The notes under the pieces were generated by a model. That model was not told the DNA's origin and searched no databases. It saw nothing but the letters and a program-made list of their open reading frames with translations. A stretch of DNA of 64,000 bases from Monocercomonoides exilis PA203 (taxonomy: Eukaryota; Protista; Preaxostyla): positions 186,001-250,000 of the forward strand of contig LSRY02000020.1 of the NCBI GenBank assembly GCA_001643675.2, written 5' to 3'. Within the stretch, counting starts at the first letter, position 1; every line of letters starts with the position of its first letter. Positions 62,701-64,000 of this stretch are shown here, in pieces. Made by a program: the position numbers and the translations under genes.

Positions 62701-62793
62701 TTGAAAAAGAATAAATGTTGCTCTAATAACTGCTTGTATATTTTGCCAATCGTTTCTTCCATCTTTGATGTCTGTGAGAAGAGTATTATCCAT
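59730..62793 (-). CDS. Multi-exon hypothetical protein: N-terminal coiled coil, Ser/Pro/Thr-rich C-terminal half
   Basis: About 8 exons joined by GT-AG introns from MDNTLLTDIK (62793) through 61628-60213 to the last exon 60005-59730. Small-exon boundaries were read by eye. Confidence 0.65.
61638..61720 (+). repeat. (GAAAAA)n intronic microsatellite
   Basis: Directly visible; forms the pyrimidine tract of a minus-strand intron. Confidence 0.9.
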
Positions 62794-62922
62794 AAAGTTT
62801 GAAAAGTGATCAATAAATACCATAATAAGAAATACACACTCATAAAATGTGAAAATATATATATAACATAAAAAAAAAAATTCAAATAACTCATAAAGCC
62901 AAAAAATTATTGAAGTGGCTTT

Positions 62923-64000
62923 TCAAGAATCCTCCTTTGATGCTTCATCAGAGTTTTCAACTAATGCAGCGCAAGATGTATCTTGTGAAGAATCTTTTGT
63001 TGTGTCATGATCGTCAACATCTCTCTTTTCATTATCTGCATTTCCCTCTTCGCTTGAACCTTCTATTTTTTTGTCTTCTTCAACTTCTTTGTCGACTTTT
63101 TGAAAATCTTCGAATGAAGGAGAAGAGACAGTTCTTTCATTTGATTCATTTCCTTCTTCGTCAACTTTTCTTTCAGCGCCGCCTTGCTCAGAAAGCTCTA
63201 AACTCGTGTCATTTTCGGGCTGAACTTGATTTTTCAGCTTTCCCCAAAGAGATTTTCCAAATAAGCTCATCGATTTCCCAACCGCTAAAAGACTCTTCTT
63301 TCCAGAATCTACAGCAGCTTTTGTTTTTGTAGTGATTCCGGTTTTTTCATCAAATTGTTTTGCTGAATCTTGCAACTTTTGCCACTGAGATGAAACGTTG
63401 TCGGTGACCTTGTACTTTGTGTTTAAAGTTGTCCAAGCTTCAACAGTCTTGTTCTTTGCCATTGTAAAAGTTTCAGCTAAACTGGCTGCAACAACTTTTG
63501 TCGTTTCTTTTAATGTTTCAACAGAATTTTGTTGCGAATCAGTGCGATTTTCGGAGTTTTCTTCTATTTTCTTCTTTAAAATTTCAAAACAAATTTGAAC
63601 AACATGAATAAGAAAAAAAAAATAAATTGAATTTAAAAAAATAAAATATACTTCTTTTTCTGTTTCATTTTGAGAATCACCATTTTCTTGACTGCTTTTT
63701 TGTTCTTCGTCAGCATTGCTATCTGAACCAGTGGAAGAAAATTCTTGCAATTTGTCATTTGAATTTGCATGGTCAGTACCCGAGTCAAAACTGTCTTGAA
63801 GCTTGGCAGCATACGAACTCACTTGCTCATAAAGTTCTTCACACCAAAACAATTTAATATACACGCAAAATTTATTCCATGCTAAAAGAAAAGAAATAAT
63901 ACTTGTAAGTCCTTCCTGATCTTCTGGGGGTGACGACTGCTGAAGCGCCTGTAATTTTTTTATACCTTCTTTATACTCATTTAGAGCACTAGGTACGTCA
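62923..64000 (-). CDS. Partial (5' end off window) acidic protein with possible N-terminal MIT domain
   Basis: Spliced reading DVPSALNEYKEGIKKLQ...EGLTKLYEQVSSYAAKLQ resembles MIT helices 2-3. Further exons lie within ORF 62923-63864, which includes an in-frame AT-rich intron at ~63575-63651. Confidence 0.55.
   Translation of the reverse strand, partial: DVPSALNEYKEGIKKLQALQQSSPPEDQEGLTSIISFLLAWNKFCVYIKLFWCEELYEQVSSYAAKLQDSFDSGTDHANSNDKLQEFSSTGSDSNADEEQKSSQENGDSQNETEKEVYFIFLNSIYFFFLIHVVQICFEILKKKIEENSENRTDSQQNSVETLKETTKVVAASLAETFTMAKNKTVEAWTTLNTKYKVTDNVSSQWQKLQDSAKQFDEKTGITTKTKAAVDSGKKSLLAVGKSMSLFGKSLWGKLKNQVQPENDTSLELSEQGGAERKVDEEGNESNERTVSSPSFEDFQKVDKEVEEDKKIEGSSEEGNADNEKRDVDDHDTTKDSSQDTSCAALVENSDEASKEDS

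Noticed and set aside
1-64000. tRNA, rRNA or telomeric repeats
   Set aside because: None recognised by eye; tRNAscan-SE/Infernal were not run, so small RNAs could be missed.

Overview
Eukaryotic, intron-containing protist DNA. Gene families, splice signals and giant Cys-rich receptor/pseudokinase genes suggest an oxymonad such as Monocercomonoides (inference). The main structure is a ~12.4-kb near-identical inverted duplication (2367-14740 / 43641-56015) carrying three genes: a beta-helix-like type-I membrane protein, a CHY/RING-H2 (RCHY1-like) E3 and a BIRC6-type E2. The right arm runs into a 481-bp-arm palindrome (42567-43615). The locus therefore reads as one ~12.9-kb-arm palindrome whose left arm is split by a ~27.8-kb single-copy block flanked by the 13-bp direct repeat TTATTGTGATAAT. 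That block holds a ~4170-codon receptor-like pseudokinase with one in-frame TAG, a 5-exon ~3175-aa GT5 glycogen/starch synthase with a long N-terminal extension, and several foldback/MITE-like elements. The flanks hold another beta-helix family gene (runs off the left edge, missing from the ORF track), a TMEM181/Wntless-like gene, a coiled-coil/Ser-rich gene and a possible MIT-domain gene.
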